DNA of 32,000 nt, from NCBI RefSeq assembly GCF_001564455.1, contig NZ_CP011391.1:720001-752000 (forward strand), read 5' to 3'. Positions 15,137-24,454 of this stretch are shown in pieces. A model generated the notes under the pieces. It was not told where the DNA came from and did not search any database. It worked only from the letters and a program-made list of their open reading frames with translations. A program made the translations under genes and the position numbers. The DNA comes from Faecalibaculum rodentium. GTDB taxonomy: Bacteria; Bacillota_I; Bacilli_A; Erysipelotrichales; Erysipelotrichaceae. Numbering within the stretch: position 1 is the stretch's first letter; every line of letters starts with the position of its first letter.

Positions 15137-15225
15137 GTTTTACAAGTTGATTACATTCCATATATAAAAGTATGTATATCAGTACTGATAGGGAAGGCAA
15201 CTGTTTGAGTTATCTTTGGCTGATG

Positions 15226-15233
15226 GCTCCATC
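15226..15233 (+). repeat. Right copy of 8-bp direct repeat GCTCCATC (putative attR core)
   Basis: Identical to 1235-1242. The following bases tag-TTG partly parallel agaa-TTG after the tRNA. Confidence 0.5.
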
Positions 15234-15245
15234 TAGTTGCGAAAT

Positions 15246-15278
15246 GAGCCCGACTGGGTTCGTTTTTTTTTTTTTTTT
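15246..15278 (+). terminator. Hairpin plus T16 tract; probable original terminator of the tRNA cluster, displaced by the island
   Basis: tgagccc-gact-gggttcg (7 bp including 2 G-U pairs) followed by 16 consecutive T (15263-15278). Confidence 0.5.
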
Positions 15279-15329
15279 GGTATCTGGCTGCTGCATGACA
15301 GTGGCTTTGTATCCGGGAACACTCATACA

Positions 15330-15366
15330 AAAAGGCGGAAGATCACTACTGGTCTGCCGCCTTTTG
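15330..15366 (-). terminator. Bidirectional terminator downstream of the femAB-like gene
   Basis: aaaggcggaagatca...tggtctgccgccttt long stem, with A-run and T-run on either side. Confidence 0.65.
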
Positions 15367-15383
15367 TATTATTCAGATTTCGC

Positions 15384-16715
15384 TTACCGATTCAGCTGTC
15401 TGATGAGTTTCGCAGCTGTCGGCTTGAGAATGAGCGTGAATTCACCGGCATACTCAACTACGTGGGCACCGAACTCTTTTTTGTATTTGTACACACCGTA
15501 GCCTTCTTCCTCCGGCTTGAATTTTCCGGAAATTCCCCAGAAGTTGTAACGAAGTGCCCCGCGTTCGATAGACTGCCTGATCATTTCGAACTGCACGGCA
15601 TAGGGACCGAAAAACTGGGAAAGAGAACGCCTGGATCCGCCAAACAGGTAAATCGTTTCTGCAGGCGTGATGATAAAAAGACCTGCAGCCAGCGGAATCA
15701 TCGTACCGTACTCTTCGATCAGCCCATCCAGCTCCTTCGCACGCTTTTCCAGCGGCCGCATATGTTCCAGTACGGAATTCACTTTGTTTTTCCGCTTTTT
15801 GGAACCCGGTGCTTCCGAAAGCTCCGCCTGTGCCTTTTCAAGATCTGCCTGTCCCTGACTCAGTTCTCTGTCCAGGTAGGCTCTGTAGCGGTCTGTATCC
15901 AGAAATGAAGCCATGACTTTGCAGTCCTCTCCAAAACTGTGTTTCCATGCCCTGTACGTTTCCAGATCCGGTGCCTGAAAATCGTGAACCTGGGCGCTGG
16001 CTTCCTCCAGCTCATGCATGATCTCCAGTTCGTCTGTATCCAGTTCCCTGACAACGATGAAGTCCTGCATGCCCTCCCGGATGTGACGCGGAATTTTCAT
16101 GGAGAACCCATTGAAGACTTCTTCAACGCTTTTGTGACGAATACCGGGCTGCTCCTGAAGGAAGAAGGAGGTATGCATCATGCCATCCTCGGGCTGCTCC
16201 CGTTCCACCAGGTCCAGCACAGACACCCATCTGGCCTGTCTTGACATATCCAGTCCATCCGACCAGAGTTCCTCGGGATGAAAACCGGCGCTCTGAAGCA
16301 GCTGCCGGTAGGACTCGTTGTTGAATCCCCCCTGGACGATTTCGCCATCGGCATCTCTTTGCTGATACTCCACGCCGGATTCCAGCTTCAGCCAGACAGC
16401 CCCTTCCTGCCTGAGCAGGGGAGTCAGTCCGTTGACGAATGCCTTGATCAGAGCCGCATCTTCGGGCCGGTCTGTAACCCACTCCCGAAGGGATCTGGCG
16501 GATTTGAAGACTTTCATCAGGGGATCGATCCTGACGATGAGGGCAATGACCAGGGTTCCTTCCTGGAACCCGCCGTATATCCGGGGCTGATATCCCCTCT
16601 CCTCCATAAAACGGAGGTATCGGGGATGCTGAAACATATTGTAATCTTTGTCTTTGACAAACATCTCATATTCCTCCCGGGAAATGAGCCGTATGTCCAG
16701 TACAGTTGTATCCAT
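15384..16715 (-). CDS. FemAB-family peptidoglycan interpeptide-bridge aminoacyltransferase
   Basis: The N- and C-terminal GNAT-like halves are separated by a coiled-coil insert. The C-terminus FGGSRRSLSQFFGPYAVQFEMIRQSIERGALRYNFWGISG...EGYGVYKYKKEFGA is typical of FemX/FemA/MurM. ATG 16715 follows gagaggag. Confidence 0.8.
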   Translation of the reverse strand: MDTTVLDIRLISREEYEMFVKDKDYNMFQHPRYLRFMEERGYQPRIYGGFQEGTLVIALIVRIDPLMKVFKSARSLREWVTDRPEDAALIKAFVNGLTPLLRQEGAVWLKLESGVEYQQRDADGEIVQGGFNNESYRQLLQSAGFHPEELWSDGLDMSRQARWVSVLDLVEREQPEDGMMHTSFFLQEQPGIRHKSVEEVFNGFSMKIPRHIREGMQDFIVVRELDTDELEIMHELEEASAQVHDFQAPDLETYRAWKHSFGEDCKVMASFLDTDRYRAYLDRELSQGQADLEKAQAELSEAPGSKKRKNKVNSVLEHMRPLEKRAKELDGLIEEYGTMIPLAAGLFIITPAETIYLFGGSRRSLSQFFGPYAVQFEMIRQSIERGALRYNFWGISGKFKPEEEGYGVYKYKKEFGAHVVEYAGEFTLILKPTAAKLIRQLNR

Positions 16716-16926
16716 GTTCAGACTCCTCTCTGAGACTTGTTCCGGTGGCTTCACTGCACATACACGACACAGTCATGACAGAAAGCGGCATTCCGGAAAC
16801 TCTCTTTGACTATATACCAGTTTTCAGCCGGACAAAACTGTGTTGGACAGAGACAGTGCGGGGGTCACATTGGTTTCGCGATTGGAAACCGCTACCGTGG
16901 ATGCGTTGTATACGGGAGGCAAGGTC

Positions 16927-17930
16927 ATGAATATCGTGGTTGCGGGAGTCTGAAAAGCCGGTCACGCCCTGGTCCGTCAGCTGGATGCAGAGGGACATGA
17001 TGTCACGGTGATCGAGAGCAAAAGCCAGGTTCTCGAACAGACGCCGGATTATCTGGATGTAGTCGGACTCCAGGGCAGCGGCATGGATGTGGATGTCCTG
17101 CGGGAAGCAGGGGCTGCGAAAGCCAATCTTGTGATTGCGGCGACAAGCACCGATGAAACCAATATTGTCATCTGCCTTCTCGGCCGGGGCCTGAAGGAAG
17201 TCATGATCGCAGGGGGATCACGCATTGCGGCCTATCTCGCCACCAGACTCCTGGATATGAACATTGCGGTAAAAATCATCGAAAAGAACCCGGACGAGGC
17301 ACTCGATCTCACCCTCCGCTTTCCTGACGTCACGGTCATATGCGGAGATGGCACGGATCAGGCCACACTGCTTTCAGAGAATCTGGATGGAATGGACGGC
17401 TTCGTGTCCCTGACGGACAACGGTGAGGAAAATGTCATCATTTCCATGTTTGCAGAACAGCAGGGCGTGGAACATGTGGTGCCGAAGGTCAATCGTGTGG
17501 AACTCGGGTTTCTGCTGGAAAAACCGGGCTTCTCCAATGCCGTGACACCGAAGAACATAGCGGCAGACAAAATCGTTCAGTATGTACGTGCGATGCAACA
17601 CTCTGTGGGTTCCAACGTAGAATCCATTATTCTCGCCGCCGACGGCCAGATGGAAGTGCCGGAGTTCCGCGTGGCGTCCAATTGCCGGTTCATCGGCAGA
17701 CAGGTGAAGGATCTGCTTCTGAAAAGCGGTATTCTGGTCTCTTTCATCACACACAAATCCCGTCCTATGGTTACCCGGGGAATACCTGTGTCAAGCAGGG
17801 GGATTCGCTGATTGCTGTATCGAAAGTGAAAGGACTGCGTGACATCAATGACGTTCTCTTTGCGCCGAATGGCAAGGAAACTGAACTGGCGGGTCATTCT
17901 GCAGGTTCTGGGATTCGCGGTTCTTTTTGA
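16927..17930 (+). pseudogene. trkA: trkA (K+ uptake NAD-binding subunit), decayed
   Basis: ATG 16927 follows gggagg. An in-frame TGA (16951-16953) sits at the middle Gly of GxGxxG (AGV*KAG). The first TrkA_C domain appears missing (ETNIVICLL joined to KEVMIAGGSRIA). The frame shifts near 17760-17780 (ITHKSRP / YPGNTCVKQGDSLIAVS). Confidence 0.7.
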
Positions 17931-19589
17931 ATCCGTTCTAATGATTCTGACAATGCTGGTGGTGCTGATTCACAAGGAAACCGCCATGGTCCGCGCTCTG
18001 GGGATCACAATTGCCGGGACCGGCATTGCCGGATTCCTCCTTTCAAGGGTCCAACCGAGGAAAAAGAACCATTTTGCCAGAGACGGTCTGACAGTCGTTG
18101 GGCTGATCTGGCTCGTTCTGTCTGCAGCAGGGGCAATCCCATTCTGGATCAGCGGGGAGATTCCATCCTATGTAGACAGCTTCTTTGAGACCGTATCCGG
18201 GTTTACCACGACAGGTGCAACGATACTCACAGACATCGAATCCCTGAGCCGGTCGGCTATATTCTGGCGGAGCCTGACACACTGAGTTGGGGGCATGGGG
18301 TGCTGGTCCTGCTTCTGGCGGGGCTGCCCAAAACCAGTAAACAGGCGATGCACCTGATGCGGGCGGAAGCCCCTGGACCCAGTATCTCGAAGCTTGTACC
18401 CCGGCTCAGCACATCGGCCATGATTCTGTATGGTCTGTATCTGTTCCTTTCGGTTCTGGAGTTCTGTTTTCTGTTTTTAGGAGGCATGCCGCTGTCTGAC
18501 GCCCTGGTGCATACCTTCGACACCGCCGGGACTGGCGGCTTCAGCCTGTATGCAGACTCCATTCCCCATTCCAATTCTGTGTATTTCGAAGCCGTGATCA
18601 CCGTGTTCATGTTTCTGTTTGGCGTCAATTTCAACCTGTACTTTTTCCTGGTGATCCGTGAATTCACACCGGTGGTGCGGGGTTCGGAATTTCGCGCCTG
18701 TCTCCGGATTGCAGCCGGATCCATTCTTCTGGTGGCACTGAACATCCTGCCTCTTTACAGAGGTCTGTCCCAGGCTTTTTGCCATGCATCGTTCCAGGTT
18801 GTCTCGGTCATGACCACCACCGGGTACGCAATAGCGGATTTCGGTCTCTGGCCGACGTTTTCCAGAATGATCCTGTTCTTTCTGATGGTGGTGGTGGCCA
18901 TGGCCGGAAGCACAGGCGACAGCGTGAAAGTGGTGCGGATCCTGGTTGAGTTCAAGGCCCTGAAGCTGAACATCCAGAAACTTGCACATCCGCAGAAAGT
19001 GGAAGCCCTGACTCTCGGGGGCAAGCCGGTGTCGAGAGAGGAAATCACGAAGACTCTTGCATTCTTCAGCTTCTGGTTTGTCCTGATTGCCATATGCTCG
19101 ATTCTCGTGGCTCTGGATGGTCAGGATTTTGAGAGCACCATCGCGGCTGTCTATACCTGCATCGGCAGTGTGAGACCGGGATTTGGAATATGCGGTCCAA
19201 CAGGCAGCTTTGCGCCGTTTTCCGCATTCTCCAGGCTGGTCCTGTCCTTTGCCATGCCTGCAGGGCGTCTGGAAATTTATCCGGTCCTGATCCTGATTCT
19301 TCCGCTGCTTTCTCTGATGGGGGCTGCGCAGACCGGCCACCGGGCGGAGCGCAGAGAAGAGCAGACCGAAGGTTCGGACATAAGCTCCAGGGACAGTGAC
19401 AGTCGGGGAGGATATGAAGGCGGAAACCGGATCCCTGCCTGGATTCAGACCCGGCCGGGTTGGAGCATGAGACAGCGGACCTGCCCCTTTTTTACTGAGC
19501 ACGATCATCTCTCACCATGTGATACAACTGTATTTTTTTATGGCGGATTTTCTCAAAAAACCAACCGTCTGGCGAATATACAAGTATGA
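17839..19589 (+). pseudogene. trkH: trkH (K+ transporter membrane subunit), decayed
   Basis: TGA at 18283-18285 sits where the conserved Trp of ...FWRSLTHW.GGMG is expected. One G is missing in the run 18297-18300, shifting the frame to ...VLVLLLAGLP. There is about a 90-codon non-TrkH-like 3' extension to 19589. Confidence 0.7.
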
Positions 19590-20266
19590 GGGTACAGGAA
19601 ATCTGTGCGGAGCAGCGCCCGCGGGAAAAAGCGCTGCAGCAGGGACTGAGGTCTCTGTCAGATGTGGAACTTCTGGCTTTGATGCTTGGAAGCGGAACCA
19701 GAAACCGACCGGTGATGGATCTGGCGGCAGATGTGCTGAAGGCAACATCGAATCTGGCGGACTGGGAGTCCTTTACGCCGGCATCTTTCATGAAGATACC
19801 GGGCATCCGGGAGGTCAAGGCCCTGCACCTGGCTGCAGCAGTGGATCTGGTCCGCCGGATCAAACGCGCCAGAGCCTTCAGAAGCCGGCCGTTTGTTTTC
19901 AATGAAGTGCTGGAATGGTGTCAGCTGGAATTCGGGTTCAGTTCACGGGAGCATTTTGCGGCTGTGTTTCTTGACACAAAAGGCCGTATACTGAGCAGCC
20001 GGGTCCTGAGTGTGGGAACGCAGACCGAGAGTCTTGTGTCGATCAAAGGAGCTTTCCGGGCAGCACTGGAGGAAAATGCTGCAAGTGTGATGTTTTTCCA
20101 CAATCATCCCAGTCAGGATGTGAGTCCTTCGCCTCAGGACATCGAGACCACCCGGGGTCTGGAGGAAGCCGGCTGCACCATGGGAATCGATGTGGTGGAT
20201 CATATCATTGTCGGAGGCTCTGACTGGTTTTCGATGAAACTGTCCGGTTACATGAAAGGAGAATGA
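19586..20266 (+). CDS. radC: RadC-like JAB/MPN domain protein
   Basis: RPREKALQQGLRSLSDVELLALMLGSG plus the HNHPSQDVSPSPQD JAMM-like motif. Confidence 0.85.
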   Translation: MRVQEICAEQRPREKALQQGLRSLSDVELLALMLGSGTRNRPVMDLAADVLKATSNLADWESFTPASFMKIPGIREVKALHLAAAVDLVRRIKRARAFRSRPFVFNEVLEWCQLEFGFSSREHFAAVFLDTKGRILSSRVLSVGTQTESLVSIKGAFRAALEENAASVMFFHNHPSQDVSPSPQDIETTRGLEEAGCTMGIDVVDHIIVGGSDWFSMKLSGYMKGE

Positions 20267-20357
20267 ATGAAACACCGCGGGCGGTTCTGACAGCCGGCGG
20301 TGTTTGCCATTCCGGGAAGCCAGAAGGTATAATGTTGGGCGACAAAGGGGGAACATC

Positions 20358-21194
20358 ATGAAACGTTTCAACAGAACACAGCGCAGGCTGCTGACTGCCA
20401 TTCTTGTGATCCTGACAGCCGGCAGCGTCATGATGGCCCTGCGACAGGCACCGGTCTCCAATGCAGGATACAGTGCCTGGGCTTATATCCGGTATGGGCT
20501 GGTGGACAGGCCGCTGACTTCTTTGGGAAACATGTTCAGGGATGTTGCCGGGCTGTGGTCTGTATATCAGGACAACGTCTATCTCAATGAAGAACTGGCT
20601 AGTCAGCGGTCCTATCAGACGATGTACCAGGATGAAAAAAACAGAAATGAAGAACTGCAGGAGATGCTGGAAATGAAAGGCTCCCTGCCGGAGAGCCTGC
20701 AGGTCAGCTGCAACGTCCTGACCCGTCCGGCTTCCGCCTGGGACCAGTCATTCACCATTTCGGCCGGCAGCATGCAGGGGGTCCGGGAAAATATGCTGGC
20801 TGCCAGCAGCGAGGGTGTGGTTGGCCTGGTCAGCCATGTGGAAACTGCCACAAGCACCGTGGAGCTGCTCACAAGCGACACCCTGGTCAATGACATTGCC
20901 ATTTCCATTCCTCTGGAAGACGGAACCACAGTGGAGGGAATCCTGCAGTCGTATGATGCCCGGAAACAGGCCTATCGTGTGTCGCTGTTCAACAATGAGG
21001 CTGTCATCACCTCCGGCCAGAAAGTGTCCACGTCCGGAAAAGGCGGCAATTATCCGTCAGGTATATTTGTGGGCACAGTCACTGAGAGCGTCGTGAATGA
21101 TGATGCCATCATCTCGACGATTTACGTCAAGCCAGTGGCCAACATCAGCAGTTTCAGCTATGTGACAGTCATTGGCAGAGAGGACAGCAAATGA
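20358..21194 (+). CDS. mreC: Rod shape-determining protein MreC
   Basis: N-terminal TM segment, coiled coil (NEELASQ...NEELQEML) and C-terminal beta domain ...VSTSGKGGNYPSGIFVGTV. ATG 20358 follows aaggggga. Confidence 0.8.
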   Translation: MKRFNRTQRRLLTAILVILTAGSVMMALRQAPVSNAGYSAWAYIRYGLVDRPLTSLGNMFRDVAGLWSVYQDNVYLNEELASQRSYQTMYQDEKNRNEELQEMLEMKGSLPESLQVSCNVLTRPASAWDQSFTISAGSMQGVRENMLAASSEGVVGLVSHVETATSTVELLTSDTLVNDIAISIPLEDGTTVEGILQSYDARKQAYRVSLFNNEAVITSGQKVSTSGKGGNYPSGIFVGTVTESVVNDDAIISTIYVKPVANISSFSYVTVIGREDSK

Positions 21195-21760
21195 TCCGCA
21201 AACATCCCCTGATACTGGCGGGGTTTGCCCTGCTTGGTCTGTTGGACGGGTTCATTGCCTATGCCTGGCCGGCCAATTACATGCTGACCGGATTTTCGGT
21301 GATACCCCACTTTTATCTCATTGGTCTTCTCGTATTTGTCTACAACAAAGACATCCTCACCAGGGTTCTGGCCGGACTTCTGGCCGGACTGGTACATGCT
21401 TTTGTGTTCCAGGGGAGTTTTCCGTTCGATCCGGTGTACTTTACTGCAGCCGCCTGGCTTGCAGGCCTGGCTCCCCGATGGAGCAATTCGATGCGGTATT
21501 CCTGGCTGTTCTTTCTTCTGTTTGCCTTTGGATTCGATCTGCTTCCATGGATCTGGCTGCGCATCACCACTCCACTGAATGCATCCATTCTGACATGGCT
21601 ATGGCGAATGGAAACCTTCACGCTGCTTCTCAACATCGCCTCTCTCTGGGTCATTCGCTATGCAGCCGACGTCATGGACCGGTATTTCAAAATCGTTCGT
21701 GTCCGCCAGGCCAGAGAGGACAGAAAAAAACTTGCGCAACTTCATGCAGCCGGCCGGTAA
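21191..21760 (+). CDS. mreD: Rod shape-determining protein MreD (polytopic membrane protein)
   Basis: ATGA overlap with mreC. Multi-TM hydrophobic profile and the expected position after mreC. Confidence 0.6.
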   Translation: MIRKHPLILAGFALLGLLDGFIAYAWPANYMLTGFSVIPHFYLIGLLVFVYNKDILTRVLAGLLAGLVHAFVFQGSFPFDPVYFTAAAWLAGLAPRWSNSMRYSWLFFLLFAFGFDLLPWIWLRITTPLNASILTWLWRMETFTLLLNIASLWVIRYAADVMDRYFKIVRVRQAREDRKKLAQLHAAGR

Positions 21761-21892
21761 GCCGGCTTTTCTTCACCTGCCAGAGACACGGATCTTTTCT
21801 CTGTTTTGCAACAGGCGGGAAGACAATGGGACAGACAGCCAGGCTGTAACGGACACCCGGCGCTTTTCTATGACAGAAGCAGACGTGGTAAA

Positions 21893-24454
21893 ATGAAATG
21901 TATGAAGAAATTATTGCTTGTGGATGGCAATTCCATGCTGTTCCGCACCTACTATGCAACCATCGGCCAGTCCCGCCGGATGACCACTAGTCAGGGCATC
22001 CCCACCAATGCAGTATTCGGGTTCATTCATCTGCTACAGAAAGCGATTGCCCAGATCGAACCGGATGCCATGCTTGTGGCATGGGACTGCGGGAAACCGA
22101 CGTTCCGGCACGAAAGATTCGAGGCCTACAAGGGAACCAGAAAAGAACTGGATGAAGAGCTGATCGTACAGATGCCCATCGTCCGGGAGTATCTGGATGC
22201 CGCCAATATCACACGATATGAAGAGGAAGGATACGAAGCGGATGACATCATCGGTTCCATGGCTGCTTCCGCACCGGACATGGAAACCTATATCCTGACA
22301 TCCGACCGTGACCTTCTGCAGCTTGTGGATGATTCCACCCGGGTCATTCTTATGAAGAAAGGCCTGGCAGAGCTCGACATCGTGGACAAACCGGAGCTGG
22401 AAAAGCGCTATGGACTCAGCCCTGCCCAGATCACAGACCTGAAAGGACTGATGGGAGACGCCTCCGACAATATCCCGGGGGTCAGGCACATCGGAGAAAA
22501 AACTGCACTGAAGCTGCTTCACGACTTTCAGACAGTGGAGGGTGTCTATGCACATCTCGACCAGATCAGGGGCAAGCGCCGGGAATATCTCGAGGAAGGA
22601 AAGGAATCGGCGTTTCTCTCCAAGGAACTGGCCACGATTTACCGGGAGATGAAGCTGCCGTTTTCCATGGAGGATCTGGCACTGAACCCGGACAGTCCGC
22701 AGGATTTCTACAGAAAATATGAAATGCGGAGCCTTTTGGCCCAGGAAGAAGCACAGGCCGTGCAGCAGAGCTGGGAAATCGAGGCCATTGACCGCCTGGA
22801 GTTCGATCCGGATGGAGACATTATGCTGGCAGTGGCCAGCCTGGATCCCTTCATGGACCAGACACTGTACGGATTTGTTTTCCCGCACGGTAACACCGCA
22901 GCCTGGCTTCCGGTGGACAAAGCCCTGGAAGATCCTTCCTTTGTCACCTCCCGTGCATGGACGACATGGGATTCGAAGGACTTCATGCATCTCCTGGACC
23001 GCAGCGGTTTTCCTCCGGCCCGGTTTTCCGAGGATCTGCATGTTGCGTCTTTTCTCCTGTATTCCCAGGCCACCAGCATCGATACACTGATGGAAGCTCT
23101 GGAAATCGTGCTCCCGGAGACTTTCCGGGACCTGGGCATGAAATCCAAGGGCGGCAGTAGTGTGGAGAGGATGAAGCCTGTCATGGCGGCTCTGGCCGGG
23201 CAGCTGGCACAGAAGAAAGATGCGGTTCTCGCCAGGCTGAAGGAAGAAGACATGGATACACTCTACCGGACCATCGAGCTTCCTCTGATCCCGGTCCTCT
23301 ATGAAATGGAGAAAAACGGCATTCAGTGTGACCGCGGCCGCCTTGAGCAGCTTCGCGCTGAGTTCCAGGAGCGGATGGATTCACTGGCAGAAAAAATCTA
23401 TGAGCTGGCTGGTCACCCGTTCAAAATCGAGAGTCCGAAGCAGCTGGGAACGGTCCTGTTTGATGAACTGGGTCTGAAAGGCGGCCGGAAACGCAGCACG
23501 GCAGCCGATGTGCTGGAAAAACTGCGGGATGAGCATCCCATAGCGGAACTCATACTAGAGTACCGGAAGTATTCCAAATTTATGACCACGTACATCACCG
23601 GACTTGTCCGGTACATCGTGGATGGCAAAATCCACACCACATTCAATCAGACCATGACACAGACAGGAAGACTGTCTTCCTCTGATCCGAATCTCCAGAA
23701 TATTTCCGTCCGCGATGAAGAAGGACGTCAGATTCGAAGCATGTTCACAGCCCCCGAGGGACATGTTCTGCTTTCGGCGGATTACTCGCAGATCGAACTT
23801 CGCATGCTGGCACATATGGCGGATGAGCAGGCCATGATCCAGGCATTTCTGGAAGATGCGGATATCCATACCCGGACAGCCTGTCAGCTTTTCAATGTCT
23901 CTGCCAAAGACGTCACGGATCAGATGCGCCGTGTGGCGAAGACGGTGAATTTCGGAATTATCTACGGCCAGACGGATTTCGGACTCTCGCAGACACTCGG
24001 CATCACCCGCAGGGAAGCCAAGGAGTTCATGAACATTTACTTTGCGAGCTACCCCAATATTCACCGGTACACAAACAGAGTCATTGAATTCTGTGAAGAG
24101 CACGGATATGTAGAGACGCTGATGCATCGCCGGCGGATGATTCCGGAAATCAAAGACAAGAACTTCATGACCCGGGAGTTTGGAAAGCGGGCAGCGATGA
24201 ATGCACCGGTGCAGGGCAGCGCCGCGGATCTGATCAAGATGGCCATGATTGCGGTCAAAAGACGCATGGAGGAAGAGGGCGTCAAGTCACGTCTTCTTCT
24301 GCAGATTCACGATGAGCTGATCCTGGATGTTCCGGATGATGAGGTGGAACAGATGAAGAAACTGGTTCAGGACGCCATGGATCATGCCATGGACCTGAAA
24401 GTACCGCTGAAAGCCGGAATCCACACAGGCAGAACCTGGGATGAGGCGAAGTAA
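21893..24454 (+). CDS. polA: DNA polymerase I
   Basis: 5'-nuclease LLLVDGNSMLFRTYYA...GYEADDIIG. Pol motifs LLSADYSQIELRMLAH, RRVAKTVNFGIIYG and LLLQIHDELILD. The start could be 21893 or 21902. Confidence 0.9.
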   Translation: MKCMKKLLLVDGNSMLFRTYYATIGQSRRMTTSQGIPTNAVFGFIHLLQKAIAQIEPDAMLVAWDCGKPTFRHERFEAYKGTRKELDEELIVQMPIVREYLDAANITRYEEEGYEADDIIGSMAASAPDMETYILTSDRDLLQLVDDSTRVILMKKGLAELDIVDKPELEKRYGLSPAQITDLKGLMGDASDNIPGVRHIGEKTALKLLHDFQTVEGVYAHLDQIRGKRREYLEEGKESAFLSKELATIYREMKLPFSMEDLALNPDSPQDFYRKYEMRSLLAQEEAQAVQQSWEIEAIDRLEFDPDGDIMLAVASLDPFMDQTLYGFVFPHGNTAAWLPVDKALEDPSFVTSRAWTTWDSKDFMHLLDRSGFPPARFSEDLHVASFLLYSQATSIDTLMEALEIVLPETFRDLGMKSKGGSSVERMKPVMAALAGQLAQKKDAVLARLKEEDMDTLYRTIELPLIPVLYEMEKNGIQCDRGRLEQLRAEFQERMDSLAEKIYELAGHPFKIESPKQLGTVLFDELGLKGGRKRSTAADVLEKLRDEHPIAELILEYRKYSKFMTTYITGLVRYIVDGKIHTTFNQTMTQTGRLSSSDPNLQNISVRDEEGRQIRSMFTAPEGHVLLSADYSQIELRMLAHMADEQAMIQAFLEDADIHTRTACQLFNVSAKDVTDQMRRVAKTVNFGIIYGQTDFGLSQTLGITRREAKEFMNIYFASYPNIHRYTNRVIEFCEEHGYVETLMHRRRMIPEIKDKNFMTREFGKRAAMNAPVQGSAADLIKMAMIAVKRRMEEEGVKSRLLLQIHDELILDVPDDEVEQMKKLVQDAMDHAMDLKVPLKAGIHTGRTWDEAK

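Larger units (their letters stand above)
1241..15233. mobile_element. Integrated genomic island (about 14 kb, serine-recombinase type) at the tRNA-Gly 3' end, carrying nested IS66 and IS110 insertions
   Basis: It starts directly after the tRNA-Gly CCA. Cargo is Rep/prim-pol, SSB, toxin-like genes and two serine recombinases. The GCTCCATC repeat sits at both ends. Composition is visibly more AT-rich than the flanks. Housekeeping genes resume after 15384. Confidence 0.6.

Noticed and set aside
15172-15908. Plus-strand ORFs 15172-15501 and 15237-15908 crossing the island junction.
   Set aside because: They run through the T16 tract and terminators and are antisense to the FemAB-family gene. They have no RBS, and the poly-Phe stretch is an artefact of the homopolymer.
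16951-18285. The in-frame TGAs at conserved Gly (trkA) and Trp (trkH) positions could indicate a reassigned stop codon (code 4 or code 25).
   Set aside because: The two TGAs would need two different meanings. TGA is used as a genuine stop by galE, coaE, dnaB and other genes here. The same locus also has frameshifts and a deletion. Point-mutation pseudogenisation explains everything.
18477-19508. A 343-aa minus-strand ORF antisense to trkH, and similar long antisense ORFs (22034-23041, 22708-23253, 23555-24127, 24382-25470, 28307-28918, 8324-9007, 7601-8227).
   Set aside because: These are shadow ORFs opposite well-supported genes (trkH, polA, mutM, fba, the IS66 transposase). They have low-complexity, Arg/Pro/Gly-rich translations and no RBS or recognisable family.
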